Positions 44,741 through 59,346 of a stretch of DNA of 64,000 bases are shown in pieces (positions within the stretch are counted from its first letter, which is position 1; each line of letters opens with the position of its first letter). Both the position numbers and the translations under genes were made by a program. Source of the stretch: the human T2T-CHM13v2.0 reference genome, Homo sapiens; assembly GCF_009914755.1 (NCBI RefSeq), contig NC_060927.1, one strand, 5' to 3'. The notes under the pieces are model-generated. The model had not been told where the DNA came from and ran no database searches. It was given only the letters and a program-made list of their open reading frames with translations.

Positions 44741-47429
44741 TAAGGAGTATTAAAGACTTATATGTAGACAAATCTATAAAATATATTTAAATAAGTTATA
44801 AGGTAGTCTTGTGTTGATACTATTTGTGTATTATGCAAGCAAATACAAACATTTCCACAGTTTCTATGTAAGAAACTCTTGCTTTTTTGTAGATAAGACT
44901 CCCATAGCTCATTATGGTCAATCTTTTCATTTTATGGAGATTAAGTGTTTTGTTAAAAGTGGCTAGTTAGAGTGTAAGAGGCTGAAAAAATTGTGGCTTT
45001 TTGTAGTTCATGTTTGAATGAGGCTTCAAGATGAAGAGAAAGAAAGAAGAGAGAGCAAATCATTCCAGAATGAGGTTCTAGACCACTTACTCCTAACTTG
45101 CTGAGGAGATGCCCCAAACAGGTTTTATAATTTTTAGCCCAACGCCTACTTGAGTAAATAAAGCATTGAGATTGAAGGGACTAAGAAAAATATTTCTTTG
45201 AAGAAATTTGTTGCATTCTCATAGTATCCTCACCACCCACGGGAGAAGGAATAACGTGCTTTTCTCTCACCTTATGCTGAATCTGAGGCTCGTTAAGGGA
45301 ACACCTTAAGAGCTTGACTTCGGTTGACTGCCTATTTAGGCACATAAGATGGTGTCAGGTCCATTTCTAGAAAATCCTAAAGGTAAAGGCTGAGACTGGG
45401 CAGTTGCACTGATGGGACAGTAAGGAGACCAGGCTGTCCTGGAAGCCACTTGTACTCTAAATGTTTGTCAAGTCAAAGGATCTACAGACTGCAATGGCCT
45501 TGAGAGATAGCTTTGTGCTAGAAAATTTGGCTGGAAGGACTGTAGGATCCAGAGAGTCTGAGCAGGGTGGGTTGCCAGAGGTTGAAGAGTGAGCTGTAAG
45601 CAACCACGCAGAGGAGAGTCTTCACTGTGTCAGCTGAGCTACATTTGGATGTTCCCAGGGTGTGTGGATAAACATGAGCGTGATGTCTTCCAAATATGTG
45701 CAAAGGATGTCAAGGGAAAGATTCACTTTTGAATGCACAAGTTTAGAGAGCACCAACCCCAGATCACTGACGTACCAGTAAGCCAGTAAAGTAAGACCTT
45801 TCTTGCTCTCTACCTGTCTTTCTCACTCCCTCTTCCCAGTCCCTACAGAACCTGAGTTACGAATGACAGGAAGAAGAAAAGAAGCACGTGGTGGGGAAAT
45901 AGAAAGCTTCACTCACCATGAGGTCCAGCGTTACAAATGCCAAAGCTGAGAGAGAGGACAACTGAAAATTCACAGGAATTTCTGAGTTTTGCTATTACCT
46001 GTACTGGACAACTTATTTACCTGAATGAAAATGTTTTGTGGATAAGAGTGACAGGAGAACATTTGAATGATGACAGAAATCATAGGAAAAAAAAGGCAGT
46101 TTGAATATAAACCGTTGCCTCTTTGCTATGTGAAATGCCAATTAAAAGTTATATATATAATATTTTTAAAGATGTAAACCCTTTTGGAAAAAGACAATAG
46201 GAGAGGAGGCAATAGGAGATCCAGCAGCCAAAGTTTCCAAGCCTGTACACCAGCAGGGCTACTGGTACCGACAAAGCAGAAGCAAGAAAGCTCAATCCTA
46301 CAGATTGGGAAGGCCAACAATCTGTTTGATTTAATTAGAGACTTACTAAAAGACTCAGAAGTTGGCTAACACTAGACACCTGTGGTGAAGGTGAAGGTGG
46401 GTAAAGCAGGATTATTAAATGTCTGTTTAAATAGCATTAGGCTGCTTAGGTAACCTCCAGATTGTTTGATGTCTATATAGCCCTTGTATATATCCCTCTA
46501 TATTCCCAAATAATATGCTTACATTCTCCTTTCTCACTTTTCACTTTCAGATATTATCTTCTAAGTCCCAGCTATTTACTTCCTCATACCTTTTTCTATC
46601 CCTGCTAGTTTTACTGTCATTTTGGATGTTTAATATATGTTATTTACATTATTACGACTGTGTAAATGCCACTTACTACTGAGCCATTTAGGTTAGTTAA
46701 TGATTTTTCCTAAAAATGTGTTTGTTTTCCACTGTATTAATACATTTTTCCTTTTGAAATATTGATTAATTGTATATAAACACATGCACTCAGTGGAATA
46801 AAATGGTGAGTCATGTGGCTGATCAGTGGGATAAGAACACCCGCATTCACAAGATAAAGGAAGAACTTTAAGAAAAAACTGAATCTTGATATCAGCAAAA
46901 ATGTCTGGAATTAGAACCACCAGGCAAGTCATATTAATTGGGGGGTTTGGTGTCACTTCTGTTCAATTAATTTAATATATTATACTCTGCATAAGGTACT
47001 TAGAACACAAGCATACTCATTTTTATATATGATTCATGCCTCGGCTGTAATATTATAGTGTTGACAGAGAGACAAATGACCAAAAGTTATATCACAATGT
47101 ATTTGAAGAAGTGTTGTGGGGGTGACGATAAATCAGGGAAAGCTTCTCAGAGTTGTGAGACTTGTTAATTCTTATGAAACTGGTAGCAATTAACTAAAGG
47201 AGATTGAGGAGAGTGGAGTTTCAAACAGAGTAAATATTTACAGAGTTGTTTAGTATAGTATGCTATAGAAAATATTGTTTAGTGTTGTCAAGGATGAATA
47301 GAGAGAGGGCAAATCTGGAAGGAGTTAGATCAGTTTGGAGCTATTGCAGTAGTCTAAGCAGGGAAGGATGAGGGGAGAAACGAGCACTCTGTTTTGCAAG
47401 AGGAAGAAAACAAGAAGCTGATTAGAGAT

Positions 47430-47784
47430 TGCATTAATCTGTTCTCGTGCTGCTAATAAAGAGGTACCTGAGAATGGGTAGTTTATAAAAGAAAGAGGTT
47501 TGATGGACTCATGGTTCCATATGGCTGGGGAGGCCTCACAATCATGGTAGAAGGCAAAGGAGGAGCAAAGTCATGTCTTAAATGGCAGCAGGCAAGAGAG
47601 AGTGTGCAGGGAAACTGCCATTTATAAAACCATCAGATCTGGTGAGACTTATTCACTACCATGAGAACAGTATGGAGGAAACTGCCCCATGATTCAATTA
47701 TCTCCACCTGGCCCTGCCCTTGACACATGGGGATTATTACAATTCAAGGTGAGATTTGGGTGGGGACATAGCCAAACCATATCA
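47430..47784 (-). mobile_element. THE1 solo LTR (THE1C-like) inserted in L2-like sequence
   Basis: Ends GCCAAACCATATCA; exact TSD GAGAT at 47425-47429 / 47785-47789. Confidence 0.93.
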
Positions 47785-50700
47785 GAGATCTAGTGTAAAA
47801 TTTGAATGAATAGGACAGTGTTATTACCTGCACACTGGGGATACAGAGGACTCGGTTACTTAGATATTTTTGTTTGGGCTTATTAGACGAACAGTCACAT
47901 TATTCACTGAGATATTCACACAGAAAGCTGATAGGTTTGGGTGGAAGATGATGAGTTTTAGATCTATTGAGTGTATATTATCTATGGGACATGTATATGA
48001 AGAGAATGATGAAGTAGGGTAACATTTTGAGATGTAAATGATGTTTAAAATATTTTCTCCTGGAATCAGTAGATCTCCTAGTCCAAGCAGCAAGGATATT
48101 TCATCCTCACTGCCCCAAGAGAAGAGATGACCAACACAGAGCAGATAAAAAGAGTTAATTCTTAAGTTTGTTTCCATAAGCTTAAGCTCTGACATAAAGA
48201 TTTTTTTAGAAATGCATCATGAAAAAAGATAAAATATTCCTTTTCTGTAACTCTCTTCCCCTCCTTAGACTAGAGAAAAGTTTTATGGGTTTCAGAGAAG
48301 AAAGAAAGGGACCACTCTCATTTAACTTGAGTCTGGAGACTTGGCAAATTATGATGTTCTCGTACAACAAGCAAAGGCAAGAATAGGAACAAGTCATCTT
48401 TTGCTATGTCTAGGTAGACTGGCCACACTGGGCTTCACAGATTTTCCCACAGCCATTAGTGGTTTGGGATCAGAAAAGGATTTTCCACATCCCTTAGGAT
48501 GTCTCCTACATGGATGAAAGAGGGCTGAACTTAGCGCAGTCAGCAAAGAGGTTGCAGCACTGGTTTTTATGGATTGATGAACAGAGTACCAACCAGGAAC
48601 AGGGACATCTTAGCAGATGACAGAATGAGTATGTAAACAGATTGCTCTCCAACTCTCCCATGATCCCAGAACTTAAAAGCAAGTCTGGGGAGAAGGCAGA
48701 TTGTTCCTTCAACTTATTAAAATTAAGCTTTAATTATCAGGTGAAATGGGTTCTTAAAATGGAAATAAAGTTCAATTATTGAAAAGTAAAGAAAACTTAT
48801 TTTTGGGGCCTGTGATTTTGTGGCCTGGGATTCATACTTGCTGTATACAATGGGTGTTTGAATATGCTCTTCTGAGTTTCAAATGATTAAGCTCATCTGG
48901 AGGTATTGACTTGGAAGTCAACAATGCACAAGAATCGGATTACCTTGGTAACATGTGGAGCAAGAGAGAAAAAAGTTGAGGGTCAAATGTCTAAAGAACA
49001 CCAAAATTCAAAAAGATGGAAGAAGAGGGTTCCTTAAAGAATACCAAGGAAGCATTAATTTTTTAAGAAGGCCTGTGTCTGAAGGTCTTACGTTGTTGCC
49101 TTTGTCCATTTCAATTAAAAAGAGCTAGCACCTATGTGTCTAGGTATTATAAGAAATATTATGTATTGCTAAAACAAAATGTCTTTCCTGCCTTCTTTCA
49201 TTCACACAATTAAGCTAAATGACTTCTGAAATTACTTGTTTAATATTAACTTCAACTCAGGCAGCAAGGAAAATTTGAGCATTGCTATGTATAAACAGTT
49301 TCATGAACTTCTATTGAAAAAATCAGTGTCTATCTCCCTCAAACAAGGAAGAAACACTAAAAACAGTCTTCAAATAACATGCATTAGATTATGGGAAACT
49401 ATGATTCCTCATAAACATCTGTATTAGAGAGTATCCTGAAAATTCAGAGGTTTAATAGTTTGGTAATTCTTGAGTCTTTATTAGAGTTTCAATTGCCTTC
49501 AAGTAAACCCATAGTAATGAATTTCCTCTGGCATGCATGCAGTATGCTCAAAGACTTTAGAGATGAAGGCTCTTACATAGGATGAAGCTGAAGAGGCTGC
49601 TGATGCTTTATGTGTCAGCCTTGGTAAAAACTGACGTTCATCTGTTTCTGTCAGTTGTCATCTGGGATGGATTTCAGTTGCCATTGTGAATATAAAAAGC
49701 TCACTATCCCATTACTAATTCCCATGAGTTATTTAGTCCTGTCTTTCTTTTTCTAAAGGTTAAACTCTTATCTTTTTGCTAAAAAGTTAGATAATTAACA
49801 TTCTCACTTACAATGCTTCCATAACATCTGTAGATTATGCACCATTAATCAAGTTCCTCTGCAGGCATGATTGACTTTTGCAAAGCAACTTGGGGAATAA
49901 ATCCTTTCTCTTTAGTAATAACTTTGTTGTTGTTATGGTTTTAAAAAAATCTCTTTCTGAGAAACTCAATTTAGAGTAACAGTCTCTAGCTACTTAAAAT
50001 GGTTATCATAAAACCATGTAACAGAAATAAGAGCAAATGACGTATTTTAAAACCTTTAAGAGTGCTGACATCTCTTTGCATTCAAAAACTTTAGAATTTG
50101 TGATTTCCAAAGCACTGCATATTTATAAAATCATTTGTATTGACATTTAAATTCTCCATTTTCAAATGACAGAAGCTAAAATTAAGGACATACGCTTTAT
50201 CAGCATTTTAACTTGAATTTACAATAGACTTGTATGGAAAAGATATATCAAAACTCAGATTTTTAACATTCTAGAATTTCTGTGCCTGAATTATTTGTCG
50301 AGAACACCTGCACAAGGCAAGTGCTGGACATTTATAGAAAATATGTCCTAGAAACGATTTGCTCATGAAAAAAATCTATTTTATATCTGTGATGTTTCCT
50401 TGACATTTTCTTTCTGCTGTAGGTTTCTCATAACGCTTCCTTGATCTGTCTGAGGAGATAAATTGTGAGAATTTTTTGGAAGCTTTAGAGATCTATTAAA
50501 CATAGAAATGAAAACTTTTCTATCATAAGACCCTTTTTTCAATTTTCTTTCTCATGTTACTTTCTCCTTTCTTTTTACTTCCCCTATGTAGGTGGTAGAA
50601 AATATTTTTTGAAGAAAATGAACTAATATAAGGGTTTCTTTTGTTGTTGGATAACAGAAAACGAAAATGAATTAAGTCAGTAAAACTAATTGTAAATGTT

Positions 50701-51311
50701 TTATGCCCAAAATCATAAATGTCTTGGCCCAAATGACTCTTCCTCTAAATTTGGAATATAATCAAGATTTTCACAGAAAACAGATTGTCAACCTTGACAC
50801 AGGGGCATCTTTTTTTTTTTTGTTTCCTCAGTAGTAGCCATAGAGATAATATTTTAGGTAGAAGACAGAGTTATGGAAAGGGGAGTAACAATGAAAAGAA
50901 AACCAGGCGGTATCAGTAGATCATGATTAGTTGTACTGATAACATTATAGAGTTTAGGTATGTTCTAAAGGTTTTCCACATAATCAAGATCTTTGTATAA
51001 GACTTAGGTCTCAAAAAGATGAGATATACTGTGCTACATATACTTGTCAGTCATGAGTAACTTGTCTTCTATTTATTAAGAAATTTGCTTGTGAGAATCA
51101 TTACATTTAGTGTTCAATTAAAGCTTGATCTCTAACCATTCTGAATTATTCACAATTACCTATACGTTTTAAAATCTTTAAAAATTGGCTTATATTAACC
51201 TCTACTTCTTTCCTACTTGGTGAGCCTCTACTCATTCTTTAAAGGGCAATGAAATATCTTCTTTTTGAAGGTTTTGGAAACTCTTTATTCAGAAACAGTT
51301 TCCTCACTATG

Positions 51312-51677
51312 TGTATTAGTCTGTTTTCATGCTGCTAATAAAGACATACCCCAGACTAGGTAATTTACAAAAAAATGTGGTTTATTGGACTTACATTTCC
51401 ACATGGCTGGGGAGGCCTCACAATCATGGTGGAAGGCAAGGAGGGGCAAGTCACATCCTACATGGATGGCTGCAGGCCAAGAAAGAGCTTGTGGAGGGAG
51501 ACTCCTGTTTTAAAAACCATCAGATCTTGTGAGACTTACTCACTACCATGAGAACAGCATTGGAAAGCCCTGCCTTCATGATTCAATTATGTCCCACCAG
51601 GTCCCTCCCACAACACGTGCAAATTATGGGAGCTACAAGATGAGATTTGGGTGGGGACACAGAGCCAAACCATATCA
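51312..51677 (-). mobile_element. THE1 solo LTR (THE1A/B-like)
   Basis: TGTATTAGTCTGTTTTCATGCTGCT...GCCAAACCATATCA; TSD CTATG/TTATG. Confidence 0.93.
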
Positions 51678-52479
51678 TTATGATTCTATATTACCTGGAG
51701 CACAGCTTAATTAATCAGTTTGGATCTTACCTTCTTGCTTAGGTCTTTTGTTTCTCAATGTTAAATGTGATCTTGACAAGGACAAGGGGCATATCTCAGC
51801 CATCATATACACAGCAGTGAGCTCAGTGCAGACACAAGCAGTCATAGTTCAAAAATATATGTAAAAGTAAAGAAATTTATATTAGAGTTAGGAATGAGAA
51901 GGGCACAGTCAATATCTTGAGCACAGGAAATGCTTCTTTCTTCAGCTATATACAGCCTTCATGATTTATTATTACCTTCCATTGGGAACTAAATTAAGAG
52001 TAAAAAGAGCTAAGAACTGAGGTTTAAGTTGTAGATTGATGACACTGTAAAATTTAACATTTTGAGGAATGAGCCTTGTGACAAATATTTTGGAAACTTG
52101 CACTTCAATAAACTATTATTTAGGAAAAAAATGGGGAAACACTAAGCATTTGGAAAATGAGAATGTATTTCTAGATTGATCTTACTTGAACTTTAGCAAA
52201 TAAGCAAGCACAGTGATGTCAGAGTGTCTAGGATATCAATTATCAATTTTTACATAGAACTAATGACCAAGTAACCTTAAAAGTATATTGTACAAAGAAT
52301 TCAGTACATATAGACACAAGTTAATTCTACTTGCATGTTTGTTCTCACAACTTTGAATTTTAAATGTATATTTTCCTTTTTACTCTTAGGTATTCTGAGA
52401 ACAAATTTGACAAAGGAGATGGAAATTGTTCTAATGATGCTTCTAATTTAAGCATGTGCAACTTTTCTGTCTTTTTTTT

Positions 52480-52523
52480 TCTCTCTCTTTCTCTCTGTCT
52501 TTCTCTCTCTCTGTCTCTCTCTC
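52480..52523. repeat. (CT)n imperfect microsatellite
   Basis: Directly visible. Confidence 0.85.
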
Positions 52524-55506
52524 AAAAATCCTTGTTTAGACAAAGATTGGTTTTGGGGGTTGGATGTATTTTTTTCACTACTTAATATATACGACTGACA
52601 CACAGTAGGAACTTGATAAATATTTGTGGACAGATGTACATTTCTATTCCACCAAGGTAGGTCATGCATAGAAACAGAAGACATGGTTCTTATTTTGTAA
52701 CTCATGATACCTGCATAACTAGAAAACCTCTAATACATACGCTCTAATCAGCTTCAGTAACATGCTTTCTGATAAAATTTGAAATATCTTCATTCTGTTT
52801 TCAGTCTAGCATTTAATAAAGATAAACTAATTACAAGGCCCTGTAAGTAAGCCAGCGTTGGTCTCTGTCCCTTAAGTCCAGAGACCAAACTGATATTATC
52901 ATTGGCCACTCTGTTTCCTCTAATAGATCAGTTTGGACTTTGATTGTAATATAATAAAACATATTTTCTAGAAGACGTAATAATAAATATTGTCAACAAG
53001 AGAGAAATCAAGTATTTATCGAGCTGTTTGCAGAGTTTCCATTGAAAAAAGAATACTTAGCTGTAACAGCAATGTGTAAAATTTATGGGCATCCAATAAT
53101 CTTAACATTTTAGAGTTGAACTTTTTAGAGTTTAAAGAGTCATTATTTCCAGGACCTTACATTTTTAAATAAGGAAATAAAATGTAGAGTGTTTGAGTGA
53201 GCAAGGACTCTTAGGTGGTTAGTCTCCAGAAGAGAATTCGTAACTCCTGGCTCCCCATTTAGCACCCATTTCAGTGCACCCCTACTGTGAGAGTACCCCA
53301 TAATTTAATGAAATCCACATTCACACAAAATGTTAAACTAATTTGGCCATTAATGTAATGGAGAAAGAAATGTCTTAACATAAGTAACAATAATACAAGC
53401 AAATTGGTTCAAGAGACTGTGTTTTTCTTAATTGATAGAAAACCACAGCCTCTGTATAATGCATATATTGTGAAGCACGCGATAATGTAGAAATTTTCAG
53501 AACTTCAATGTAGATGATTCCATATTTCACAAGCCCTTGGCATTATGATAGGCCATATCTTTCTTGAGGTTGTGAATTTTATTTATCCCCATTTCTCTGC
53601 CTCTTCAATAGAATTTTTGTTTGTTCATTTGTTGTTGTTGTTTTTTCAAATCTAATGCAAATCCCTGTTTATGAAGGCTCTTTTGTGCCACCACCAACAA
53701 AATGGAAGGCTCTATGTTTGGGAGGCTGGTGTGCAATGTTATTATTGGATGTTGTGAATAATTTTTTAAAGCACTCCAGCATTTGAAAAGCAGTATATGA
53801 ATCAATAAATAATTAAAATAATGATGATGATGACACAGGAAATCCTATGGGGAAAGTATTTCAAATCGAATCATTGAATTAGTCTTTCAGCATTTCAAGG
53901 TATCAACCAGAAAGGCAGACAATAGAACATATACAAATTAATATCTTGGTCAGGTAGAGGAGTTAAAAAAGTCCTTTAATAGAACTGAAAGTGTAGCTAT
54001 TGATTTCTTAGGAGATAGGATTGCTAAAGGCTGAATTGCTTCTATGATTAAATCACAAGCTTCAGCTCTGGCATCAGTGTTTCCTTCAGTCAAAATCACA
54101 GAGGATATCTGCAGATCCCTAGAGCTGTTTCTCTGAGTAAACTAGTAAAACATAAATATTTCCCTGAGGGGTTTTAATCCAGTGCTAGATTAGCTGCCTG
54201 AAGTTCATCATTTCAGTTTTTCTTGGAGAGATCTATAGAAGCTAGTTACCCTCTTGACTTGCCCTTCTGTATCTGAGAATTAAAACGGATAACCGTTGAA
54301 ACCTCTGCATTTATTTAGTGCACTGCAGGGCAAGATGGAAATGCAGGTTCCTAATGTATAAGCCTTTTACGCTTCCACCTTCTGGGTTAGATATTACTGC
54401 TTTTGGTGTTTGAAGATATTATATCCTAGAAAGGGAATGTATATATTTAGAGTTCAGAGTTCATTACCAAGCACCTTTTAAATCTTGTGAGTAAAATAAA
54501 CCACCATTAAAAAAATGTTATGTAACAAATTGTACATACATCAAATCCCCAAAACCCAAAATGCAGCTTGCAATAATGAAATGATTAAAGTTAGTGGGGT
54601 GAAAGAGCAGCAGCTAAGGTTGTTAATCAAATACATTTACTGGGCAATCTCAACTGGTGGTATACAAACCCTGAGATAGTGTTATTTTCCTCCAATCATT
54701 GCCTTCAACCATGCTTCATTGATTGTTCTTTTCCTGATCCTTAATGACATCCTGGGAGATCCCATAGCTCTCCCATCACTTTCAGTTATTAAAAAGTGCA
54801 GTCTAGTCTTGTCCAATTTAAAACTTCAATTTCATCACCTTTTCTCCTCCCAGTGCTGACCAAGGACCATTGCATTTTCACTACTTTGCTCCTTACTGGA
54901 TCAGACCACTCCATTGCTAATGTGGGAGGAGGCATTGCAGAAACAGCCAATACTCTTTTAATCTTGCTGGTGCTGTAAATAATGCTGTACAAAACAATGG
55001 CCAGCTATGGATGTCCTCTGGCAGGTAGCAAAGGCTGCTTTTCCAGAGCACAAGTGTAATTCTTTGGGGGCCATAAGGTCTTCTTTCCATCTCATAATCC
55101 CAGAGGCAGCAGATTCACTGGCTCTATTTCCTCTAACCTCCTTTCCTGACATTCCTCCTCCTCCATCCCCAAGGCTTCACCCCTAGTCTTATAACCTCTC
55201 TTCTCCTTGTGGCCATACATTCTTGAGAGGGGACCAGTAAGATGGCTCAAATCTGGGTACTGTTTGTACTATCTGCTGACTTATTAAAATCTGCTGTATT
55301 CTCACCACATTAAACTGTGGAAATTCAGCCTGCTCCATTGTTCTTATCTCTTTACTCTGTCTTTTCTAGGTAATTCTCTTTTCTGCCTGCTAAAATAGGC
55401 CCTAGAAGAAGATTGGTGGGTTCGTGACATAAACCAACTTTCATCCAAAAAACGAGATGCCAATCTTTCCTTCTGGAAAGGGTTGCCCCCTACTTGCCTA
55501 CTGGGT

Positions 55507-55585
55507 TAGGGTGATTATATGTTTCAGTGTCCAAACCAGGTCACTTTTGAGAATAAGATATGGCTGTAGGCATAAAAACCTGTTT
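55507..55585. mobile_element. MER94-like hAT-Blackjack fragment
   Basis: TAGGGTGATTATAT...GTCCAAACCAGGTCACTTTTGAGA. Confidence 0.5.
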
Positions 55586-56049
55586 ATTTTGGGGGAGAGG
55601 ATAGGGCGGTAGGGATGGTTGGTGTGTGTAACACAGTGGGTTTGGCCACAATCAAGGTGTCTGTCACTCAATTACTTCTGCTTTAGTTTAGAATATTAGA
55701 TGTTTGATGCCCCTTTTTCTTGGATTTCAACTTTTCATATCATTTATCGAGTAAGAGGAAAAAAACATATTCAACATCAACTTAAATATAGACATTTAAC
55801 TGTACAAAATCAGATGTTTCAGGAGTCATGATTTACTATAAATTTAATGTAACCCAATTATTTTCAAGTAGCCACATGGCAAGAAGTGTGGTTTCCAGGA
55901 CAAAGACCCTGACACTCCAAGACTATTGCCTTCTCAATAACTTTCATTCTATGAATATCTATTTTATCTCTCATGTTATTCATTATTTCCTCTCTACTGG
56001 CCAATTCTCCTCAACTTATGTAAATACTATAAAATACATTTTACCTTAC

Positions 56050-56850
56050 TGAAAAGGCGATTCCACTCTTTGTGTCAACTACTGCACTATTTCTCTGCTC
56101 CTTTTCATTTCAGAACTTCTCAAAATAATTGTTTATGCACATTGTCAAACTTAACCTTCATTTTCTTTTCAGCCTTCCAAGATATCTCCCCTCTTCTCCA
56201 CTCACATTGCTGTGTCATGATTACTAGTGGCCAAATCCAGTGGTTACCTCCATGTTTTCTTCTTGACTTCAGCAGAACTCAGGGAAGTCGGCCTTCCTTT
56301 CTTAATGTATTTCTTTATTTGTTCTCTGAAACATACATACTCTTGTTTTTCTTCTTACTTCAGTAGTAGTCCAGTTTGAATTTCTTTGGGGAGTTCTCCT
56401 TTTCCAAATCTTCAAATTATACAGTGATTCAGGGCTCATTTCTGGACCCTCTACTTTCCTTCTGTATACTCTTTTATTAGGTGATCCAGTCCTGTAGCTT
56501 AATATTTGATCTCTATATAGGTGATTTTCAACTGTACATTTCTAGCCCTGATCCCTCTAGTTTCATAGCCAATGGTGTTCTCCATACCTCCACTCTTGAT
56601 TATCTTAAACCTTCTGTTCAAGAGAGAGTTCTTGGACAGTTTCTTCTGTATTCCTCAGATCAAGTAAATGAGTCCACAAGCAGCCCAGAAAATATCTTAG
56701 GAGTTAGTCCAAATTTTTCTCTTTCTCCTTCCTCCCGTGTCTAATCCATCAGTTGAGTCCAATAACTTTTATTCCAAAGTTTATTCATAACCTGTCCACA
56801 TAATCTCTATCTTAAATGCTAACACCTTAGCCCAGATATTATAGGCTATC
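56050..56850 (+). mobile_element. L2 LINE fragment
   Basis: GCCAAATCCAGTGGT...CAGGGCTCATTTCTGGACCCTCT...GTGATCCAGTCC...TCTAATCCATCAG. Confidence 0.7.
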
Positions 56851-57519
56851 TTTAGCCAGGTTATATCTTGGTATTTCTGGTCATTTTAGTAGACAAGTAA
56901 TCATTTCTATAAGTAAAAACTTCTACACAACTCATTTTCCCTGATATAAAAATATGGATATTTAATGCTCTTTAGGATGACTTTTATTTTAACTTTTTAT
57001 TTTCCACATATTCCCATAACTTATTTCTTCTTTAGTGGGTAAAGCAAACAAAGACTATAAGCAAAAACCCCAAACTCCCTAGATCCAGGTTTGAGACTTA
57101 AAATCATTTAATAAATAAGTTAGCTCTCATTTATTATTTATTATAACAGTCATACTTTAGGTTATTTATACCATTAAAAATCTCTTGCATGTTAAAAACA
57201 CTATGTGCTTACCTTGTCCTTTGATGACATAATGATGCCTTTATACTTTTACCCTGACTGTAATGGAGAGGAGTGGAATAGGATATCAAGGCTTTTAAAA
57301 CACAAGCATATGCACAATGTGAGCCAAAGTAGAATACATATGATGGACATTGTGGTTCTTTCCCCAGATCTATTATTTTATTTCTTGGTAACTCCCCATA
57401 CAACTTCTAAGAAGTGTTTTGGAGGAAATTGGCTTTATGTTTGGATCTGGGGTTGGGTCTAGTTGCCTAAAATCTAAGGCCATCAACAGAAACCTGTCCT
57501 TAGAAAGGCACAGATTCAA

Positions 57520-57905
57520 GAGTGGTTATTTGATTCCATTTGGGTTAATGGGACATGAGAAGAGGTTTTCCTGAGAACTTTGGGGAGACGAATTGACTAT
57601 ACTTCTGAGATAATTTCCAAGAGTGACTATCTTGTTGCATTGGAGTTAGATTCAGAATCAGGTAGTCCTGGCAGTTGATTGTAGTCATCTTGTGTTGGAT
57701 AAATCAACCTTAGAATGAAGCAGAAATTCTGGGAGATGAATCCATGACAGAAAGAAAATGGATTCTTGGTAAGATCATCCTATCATCCTGCTGTAGAATT
57801 AAGTCACCTCTGAGGCATACCTTCCAAGCAAGAAAACCAATGTATCTCTTTTTATTAAACAAGTTTCAGCTGTGTTTTCCATTGGTTCCACTTGATTACC
57901 TCCTA
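57520..57905 (+). mobile_element. Ancient MLT1 (J/K-like) LTR fragment
   Basis: AGTCATCTTG...AGAATGAAGC...TTAAACAAGTTTCAGCTGTGTTTTC resembles old MLT1 3' halves. Confidence 0.45.
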
Positions 57906-58246
57906 AAAGGTAGAGTGAATTAGAGGAAAGGGTAAACAACTCTGTTCATTTTAGTGTGTCCAATAACCTGAGAGATAAAAACATTTTGCTTTTGAAAGAA
58001 ACCAGAGCAGGAAAGAAATGAAGAAATTTGATAACTTTATGACTTCAATTCACTTGTAATGTTTTCACCATAGCCTCAATATTGTGTGAAGAATAAGCAT
58101 CAGAAATTCGTGTTCATATGTTAATACAGGAATCATTATACAACATTGAAACTGTTTTCCCATTAATGAATTACTTCCCATTAATTAATTTCCAAGTAAT
58201 GAGTTACTTTTGTTTGACCACAGTGTAAGCTATCCAGAAAACTGAT

Positions 58247-58598
58247 TGATATGGTTTGGCTCTGTGTCTCCGCCAAAATCTCATCTTGAATTGTACTCCC
58301 ATAATTCCCACATGTTATAGGAGGGACCTGGTGGGAAATAATTGAATCCTGGGGGCGGTTTCCCCATATTGTTCTCATGGTAGTGAATAAGTCTCATGAG
58401 ATCTGATGGTTTTATAAGGGGTTTCTGCTTTCGCTTCCCTCTCATTCTCTCTTGCCGCCACCATGTAAAAAGTACCTTTCACCTTCCGCCATGATTGTGA
58501 GGCCTCCCCAGCCAGGTGGAACTGTGAGTCCATTAAAACTATTTTTCTTCCCAGTCTCGGGTATGTCTTTGTCAGCAGAGTGAACATGGACTAATACA
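58247..58598 (+). mobile_element. THE1 solo LTR (THE1B-like)
   Basis: TGATATGGTTTGGCTCTGTGTC...GGACTAATACA; exact TSD CTGAT at 58242-58246 / 58599-58603. Confidence 0.93.
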
Positions 58599-58905
58599 CT
58601 GATCAAAACTAGAAAGAAAGCACTGCCAAAATATGCTATTACCAAAGAAATAAAAAATTGTAAACTGAAGTTAAAAGTATATTTTAACAATATGATAAAA
58701 ATAATGAGATCACTGAAAGCACACCATAATCAACCTCTATGCTTTACTGGCTTTGTTTAGGGGTGAGATGTCTCAAGAGCTATAAAGGCAAGCCTCTTAA
58801 CCCAACATTTCTCCTCCTCCAATCTATTTGAACCTTATGTCCTTTTGAATGGGAAAGCCAAGTCATATTAATATCCACTTTTCTCCATTAATAGTATAAA
58901 TTTAA

Positions 58906-59346
<441 letters not shown>

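Noticed and set aside
45280-46060. GC-richer block resembling an ancient Gypsy-like LTR
   Set aside because: I could not establish termini, TSD or family from memory; needs a Dfam search.
37920-57215. Isolated strong minus-strand donors (CAG|GTAAGC near 37926, ATG|GTGAGT near 45916, AAG|GTAAGA near 51730, AAG|GTAAGC near 57212)
   Set aside because: I found no matching acceptor or open frame; isolated donors are common in long introns.
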